In this document: in pieces, positions 59,401 to 64,000 of the stretch
Position numbering within the stretch: the first letter of the stretch is position 1
Layout: each line of letters starts with the position of its first letter
Assembly: GCA_965203175.1 (NCBI GenBank)
Contig: OZ241867.1
Coordinates: 1,536,001 to 1,600,000, forward strand
DNA length: 64,000 nucleotides
Direction: 5' to 3'
Source: Candidatus Latescibacterota bacterium
GTDB taxonomy: Bacteria > Latescibacterota > UBA2968 > UBA8231
The notes under the pieces: generated by a model
What the model saw: the letters and a program-made list of their open reading frames with translations, nothing else
Database searches by the model: none
Told to the model about the DNA's origin: nothing
Program-made: the position numbers and the translations under genes

Positions 59401-59566
59401 GCAGGAAGCGGCCCAACAGCCCGTCCGTGCCGATTACCACGTTTTGGGCCGGGCCGCCAAGGCCGCGCAGCCGGGCGTAGTCTTTGCTAGAGCGGCTGAG
59501 CGCGGAGAGACCGATCCGCTGACCAGCCTATTCAGCCGGCTCTTTGCAGGGCTACCAGCGAACTAG
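56402..59566 (+). CDS. miniaturised single-chain RNA polymerase beta-beta' fusion-like protein
   Basis: RpoB blocks: [80 protein letters not shown]. RpoC blocks: LARPVSHPW, clamp helices, FSGRA, VGLP, VHP, LDFDGDQ, SGARG, RDGL, AA.RGETDPL. ATGA overlap with the sigma gene. Confidence 0.9.
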   Translation: [1054 protein letters not shown]

Positions 59567-59579
59567 GTCTCAATCAATG

Positions 59580-60428
59580 TTACTGTACCACCGCTTCGTC
59601 GCCCAAATGCTCGCGGATCCACGCTTTCAGCGGCACGTCTTCTTCTTTCGGCGAGGTGTAGCCGTGCCCGCCGCTCGGACCGGCACCTAATAGCTGCTGC
59701 CGGATCGGATCGCAGCGGTCCATCAGGTGATCCACCGTCATGTCGTCGCGTGGCCGCAACCAGCGGTAGCTATAGCCGTAAAACAGCGCCCTGCGCGCGT
59801 CGGGCGAAAAGTTGTGACCGGCTGCATGCCAGATCCGCCGATCAAAAAACACCGCGTCTCCCGCCGCCACTTGGATCGGCGTTGTGCCTACTGGATCTAA
59901 GTCTTCGTCCTCGGGCATCTCGATCTCGTTTTTCAGGTGCGAACCGGGTACTGCGTGGAAGTTGCCGCGATTGGTCTCAGTGCAGTCCGTGAGAAAGTAC
60001 GCCACCTTGAGCGAGACCCTCGGCCGGGGCTGAGTCTCCATGTCGATGTTGAGCCGCCCACTGTCTTGATGCCAACCCAGCCGCTTGCGCGCGGGCACCA
60101 CGCCGTCTAAAGGCGGAGTGACGATCAAGTGCGAGTGGTAGAGTTGAATGTGCCAGCCCAAAATCCCGAAGACCTTGGCAAACGTCTTTGGCCAGTCGAG
60201 CAACTCCAAAAAGAGTTCGTCTTTGCCGATAAAGTCGAAAAAGTTGTGCATCTGGTGCTTTTCCAGCCCCTTTTGCAGCCGGGCCTCGGCGTCGAGGCGA
60301 TCGACGACGGGGATGAGCTGGGCGACTAAATCCAAGGGCAGCACATCGCGGACGATGAAGAAGCCGTCTTCGTCAAATTGGCGGCGCTCCTCCTCGGTCA
60401 ACGTATATTGCAGGCAGGTTGCATCCAT
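59580..60428 (-). CDS. PhyH family dioxygenase (paralog of 30595-31437)
   Basis: WHQDS, VPGSH, FDRRIWH, FYGYSYRWLRPRDD. Confidence 0.9.
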   Translation of the reverse strand: MDATCLQYTLTEEERRQFDEDGFFIVRDVLPLDLVAQLIPVVDRLDAEARLQKGLEKHQMHNFFDFIGKDELFLELLDWPKTFAKVFGILGWHIQLYHSHLIVTPPLDGVVPARKRLGWHQDSGRLNIDMETQPRPRVSLKVAYFLTDCTETNRGNFHAVPGSHLKNEIEMPEDEDLDPVGTTPIQVAAGDAVFFDRRIWHAAGHNFSPDARRALFYGYSYRWLRPRDDMTVDHLMDRCDPIRQQLLGAGPSGGHGYTSPKEEDVPLKAWIREHLGDEAVVQ

Positions 60429-60502
60429 GAGAAACCTCCAAATTGTAGGCAGTTCAATAGTATTTCAATTAACGGACATTACGCACAGGCTCCTAGGTAT
60501 GG

Positions 60503-60588
60503 GATGCTTCGCTTTGCTCAGCATGACAAGTGCTGGTTTGCTGCTTCACCGAGTCATGCTGAGCGAAGCGAAGCGGAGTCGAAGCATC
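60503..60588. repeat. REP-like inverted repeat element
   Basis: GATGCTTCGCTTTGCTCAGCATGAC (60503-60527) pairs with GTCATGCTGAGCGAAGCGAAGC...GAAGCATC (60553-60588). Confidence 0.8.
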
Positions 60589-60617
60589 TATACCTCAATG
60601 CCCATGCGTAACATCAT

Positions 60618-61739
60618 TTAATAATGGCCGGGCAATCGCCGCACTGCCCCCGGTACTACCGGATCGCCACGGTGGGCACTCGCCACGGCCGCAAAACACA
60701 GCGCCAAACTCGCCAGATTAGCATGGGCACTATTGCTAGACTCGCGGCCCTCCTCGACGGCGCAGAGCAGTTCGGCCATGGTCCCGTGAAACCCCTGCTC
60801 AAACCACGTCCCCACAAGCTGCGGCCGGGCCACACCCGCTGCGGTGTACAAGATGACTTCCTGCGCCGTCAAATCCACGCCGCTAGCCCCTATTGTGCCC
60901 TCCGTGCCGACCAGATACGTGCGGTCCTGTTGTCCTTGGCGAGTGTTGCCGTTAAAGAAGATCGTCGCTTGCGCGCCCGCGCACTCAATCGCCGCTTGGG
61001 CCAAAAGCGGCGGCTTGGCATCCTGATCGGCTCCGTGCCGAGCCGAGGCGTGGACCCGTTGCGGCGTCTCATCTCCTAAAAGTACCGCCGCCATATCGAA
61101 CCAGTGCATCCCAAAATCGTAGAGCACCAGATCTTCCACCGCGTCAAAGGCGGACCCAGCGATCCAGTTGTGATCCCAATGCACGGCGAACTCGACGCTC
61201 TGCACTTGGCCGACCAAACCAGCGGTCACAGCGTGGCGCATGTAGCTAAAATGTGGTGCCCAGCGGCCATTCTGATTGACAGCTAGTTGCACGCCGCGCC
61301 GCTCGGCCCGCGCAATGAGCGCCTCGCCCACATCCAAGTCGAGCACAAAAGGCTTCTGGCTGAGGACGTGTTTGCCCGCGTCAATGGCCGCTTCAAGGAT
61401 CGGCAACCGCTCCTGCGGATGGGGCGTAACGTCCACCACCTCGATATCGTCGCGGGCGAGCAGATCCCGATAGTCGAGGTACGTATCGGCCGCTGGGTAA
61501 AACTCCCGCTGCCGCTGCTCGACGCGCTCCCGGTCGCGGCTGCACAGGGCTGCGACCTCATAGCCGGCGTTTTTATAGGCCCGCAAGTGCATCTCGGAGA
61601 TGCCGCCGCAGCCGATCAGGCCGATCTGTGGACGATAGGTCGCCGGATCGCACGGTTGGTAGGGCAAGTCCGGGGCTGCTACTTCGATCTCCGACCCGGT
61701 TTTGCCTCGGCCATAGCCGCTGTCTTGGCTTTCCGCCAT
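60618..61739 (-). CDS. Gfo/Idh/MocA family oxidoreductase
   Basis: IGLIGCGGI, KHVLSQKP, NQNGRW, DFGMHWFD. Confidence 0.9.
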   Translation of the reverse strand: MAESQDSGYGRGKTGSEIEVAAPDLPYQPCDPATYRPQIGLIGCGGISEMHLRAYKNAGYEVAALCSRDRERVEQRQREFYPAADTYLDYRDLLARDDIEVVDVTPHPQERLPILEAAIDAGKHVLSQKPFVLDLDVGEALIARAERRGVQLAVNQNGRWAPHFSYMRHAVTAGLVGQVQSVEFAVHWDHNWIAGSAFDAVEDLVLYDFGMHWFDMAAVLLGDETPQRVHASARHGADQDAKPPLLAQAAIECAGAQATIFFNGNTRQGQQDRTYLVGTEGTIGASGVDLTAQEVILYTAAGVARPQLVGTWFEQGFHGTMAELLCAVEEGRESSNSAHANLASLALCFAAVASAHRGDPVVPGAVRRLPGHY

Positions 61740-61742
61740 GAG

Positions 61743-62819
61743 CTATTGAATCAGAGACAACGTGCGCTTCTGCGCGGCGCTCTGGTAGGCCGTATCGACG
61801 ATCTGTTGACCGATGCGACACAGCTCCGGCGAGAGCGCCCCTTCAATAGGTTGGTCCTCTTCAATGCAGTGAATCACGTACTGGACGGGATTCTGAAACG
61901 GCGGTTCGAGCGCGTCCACCGGTCGTTCTTCGGTTGCTGGCTGCGCCCGCGTCTGCACGCGGATTACCTCCTCGTAGTCGTAGGAACTGATCGTGCCCTC
62001 GGTGCCGACGATGACGAAGCCGCACTTGGGCTGGGGTTGCAGGGTCCAGGGGTCGGTAAAGGTGCCCCAGCGCGTCTCGAATTTCGACAGACCCCGCTCG
62101 TAGCGCGCCACCGCAATGCAGTGTTCATCCACTTCGAGCCCTTGAGGCTGATCTACGGTGGCCGTCACCTCAATCGGTGCCCGGCCGTCCATGTACCAGG
62201 TGCCCAACGTGGTGCCGTACCCTAGGTAGTCCAGCAGCGAGCCGCCGCCCGCGGCCTTTTTGTAAAACCAACTCGTGGGTTTTTCCCGCTCGACGACATC
62301 GGCGGTGCGCTCCACTTTGTCGGCGAGGTGCCACAGCGGCCCTCGGTTGCCGTCGTAGTAGTGGACTTCGATCACCTCGCCGATCTCGCCTTCGGCAATG
62401 AGCCGCCGCGCCGTGCGGTGCGGCGGATACCAAGCCAGCGGCCAGTTGATCGCCAACAGTTTGTCCGTCCCCTCCATGGCCCGCTGCATCTGGTCCGCCT
62501 CGGCGAGGGTGGCGGCGAAGGGTTTTTCCATGATGATGTGTACGCCGAAGGGCGCGACCTTTTCGGTCCATTCCCCGTGTTCAGCGGTAGCTGGGCACAA
62601 AAGAACAATGTCCGGCTGGGTCTTCTCCAGACACGCCCGGTAGTCGCTGAAAACCCGGTCGGCCGGAATGGCGAAATCCGCACACGCCTGCTTCATGCGC
62701 TCGGGCTGCTCGTCGCAGATGCCGACGATTTCGACATCTGCGTGCTCAAAGGCCATGCGCAAATTGTCGCCCATGTGCAGATGGTCGAAGTTGATCCCGG
62801 CGATTTTCCACTTGCTCAT
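61743..62819 (-). CDS. Gfo/Idh/MocA family oxidoreductase
   Basis: MEKPFA, INWP, GGGSLLDYLGY. Confidence 0.88.
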   Translation of the reverse strand: MSKWKIAGINFDHLHMGDNLRMAFEHADVEIVGICDEQPERMKQACADFAIPADRVFSDYRACLEKTQPDIVLLCPATAEHGEWTEKVAPFGVHIIMEKPFAATLAEADQMQRAMEGTDKLLAINWPLAWYPPHRTARRLIAEGEIGEVIEVHYYDGNRGPLWHLADKVERTADVVEREKPTSWFYKKAAGGGSLLDYLGYGTTLGTWYMDGRAPIEVTATVDQPQGLEVDEHCIAVARYERGLSKFETRWGTFTDPWTLQPQPKCGFVIVGTEGTISSYDYEEVIRVQTRAQPATEERPVDALEPPFQNPVQYVIHCIEEDQPIEGALSPELCRIGQQIVDTAYQSAAQKRTLSLIQ

Positions 62820-62822
62820 GGT

Positions 62823-63659
62823 TTAGCTCGCAAGCTGTGCCCAAGCGGTTACATGGGGCGGCAGGGCAAGCGGACGTTTCGCCTTCACCACTTCTTGCCG
62901 AACCCGCTCGGCCATCGTTTCTACATCGACCTCTTCCGCCGTGGCGATCCCGAATTCTTCTATGAGCGGGAGCATGCTGCGAAAGCTGTTGGCAGCGAAT
63001 TCGTACCCGGCCCAAGACTCCGGGCCGCCGACCGGATACTCGCAATGCATGTATGGCTCGGGCAGGCCGGCCTCGACGAATGCGCGGTACAGGTTGAAGC
63101 CCATATCGATATGCGCCCCGGCCTGCTCAAACAGTCCGATAGCCCAATCGATTAGCTTGTTCGTTTGGGGTGTATCTGGATTATACATCTGTCGATAGGG
63201 GGTAAAATCAGCCTCCTGAAAAGCCACGATCCCCCCCGGGCGCAGGCGAGTCGCTAGCTGTTTCAGGGCGTCGGCGGGATCGGCCATGTACATGAGGACC
63301 AGCCGACCAGTTACGGCGTCGAAATCGTTTCCCACGTCCAAGGTCCGGGCGTCTCCCGCGACGAATTCGACGTTGGTAAACCCGGCGGCCTGTGCCCGTG
63401 CCCGCGCCGTTTCGAGAATCTCTGGATTTACATCCACGCCCACGACGGCTCCTTCTGGCCCGACCAACTCGGCGGCTGTCAGGGCCACGTCTCCGGGGCC
63501 GCTGCCAATGTCGAGTACCTTCATCCCGCTGCTGATGCCGGCCTCTCTAAAAAAGCGCCGCGTCACAGCGTCGTACAGTTGCGACTGCAGAATCAGACGC
63601 TCCTCCTCCCCTTGGGTGCGTCCCATCGTATATGTTGCATCGCTCTTCGATTCGCTCAT
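62823..63659 (-). CDS. class I SAM-dependent methyltransferase
   Basis: VLDIGSGPG, VGVD, FDAVTGRLVLMY, LRPGG. Confidence 0.92.
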   Translation of the reverse strand: MSESKSDATYTMGRTQGEEERLILQSQLYDAVTRRFFREAGISSGMKVLDIGSGPGDVALTAAELVGPEGAVVGVDVNPEILETARARAQAAGFTNVEFVAGDARTLDVGNDFDAVTGRLVLMYMADPADALKQLATRLRPGGIVAFQEADFTPYRQMYNPDTPQTNKLIDWAIGLFEQAGAHIDMGFNLYRAFVEAGLPEPYMHCEYPVGGPESWAGYEFAANSFRSMLPLIEEFGIATAEEVDVETMAERVRQEVVKAKRPLALPPHVTAWAQLAS

Positions 63660-63897
63660 GGGATTCAATCCTCCTTTTCTGAGCTAGCTTTTTTGGGTGC
63701 GACAGTTCCTAGGTGTTGGGCAACCACGCAGGCTACCCATTGTCCACAGAGCACCTAGTGCGCTGAGGTCAATCCGGTATTCAAGATATTTTCGCGCAGA
63801 AAGTCAAACGCCGCGATCCTGTAAGCTATCACTCCACCCGGCTTGTCCCCGGTAGCCAATCGGCCAATATTAGGCCCAATTAACGGGGAGTACAACT

Positions 63898-64000
63898 ATG
63901 CGCTTGGGCGTGGGATTCTGGAGCGGCGTCAACCCCGCCAACATCGACAGCACCTTGCAGCGCTTAGCTCGTATAGGCGTCAAAGGACTCGGCCACATCG
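63898..64000 (+). CDS. partial CDS, possibly a sugar phosphate isomerase/epimerase (TIM barrel)
   Basis: GGGGAG RBS, then MRLGVGFWSGVNPANIDSTLQRLARIGVKGLGHI running off the window. Confidence 0.45.
   Translation, partial: MRLGVGFWSGVNPANIDSTLQRLARIGVKGLGHI

Noticed and set aside
56402-59566. Calling this the housekeeping rpoB/rpoC or a pseudogene
   Set aside because: It is far too short and diverged, lacks rplKAJL/rpsL context, and is an uninterrupted ORF with domain-precise deletions, which does not look like random decay.
1-64000. CRISPR array, tRNA, rRNA, integrase or transposase
   Set aside because: No regularly spaced repeats, RNA-gene signatures or recombinase motifs were seen by eye; small ncRNAs cannot be excluded without a covariance search.

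Overview
High-GC bacterial chromosome segment with about 55 CDS. I saw no rRNA, tRNA, CRISPR array, integrase or transposase. Seven PhyH-family dioxygenases, several Gfo/Idh/MocA and enolase-superfamily enzymes and an 'NYPNPFN'-type C-terminal sorting domain suggest an FCB-group heterotroph such as Latescibacterota or a Poribacteria-like lineage (inference). Recognisable core genes are comM/yifB (partial), an EndoQ(PHP)-UvrD fusion, a cyclophilin, rfbA, oadG-oadB-oadA, birA, phoX, recQ, amtB and a LytS/LytTR pair. The standout is 55806-59566: an ECF sigma factor, preceded by an ECF-type promoter, is translationally coupled to a 1054-aa single-chain miniature RNA polymerase made of collinear RpoB and RpoC core blocks. 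It keeps DFDGD, the beta catalytic lysines and the sigma-binding clamp helices, but lacks the lobe, flap, zinc-binding domain and trigger loop. It could be a dedicated mini-polymerase or an RNAP-mimic anti-sigma factor. Also notable: a divergent HisG-HisE fusion outside any his operon; four cases where accessory genes sit between short copies (26-59 bp) of a neighbouring gene's 3' end; a duplicated TPR-thioredoxin gene; a putative ART-like toxin pair; and a PhyH with an HxG (halogenase-type) motif. All assignments are from reading motifs by eye; no searches were run.
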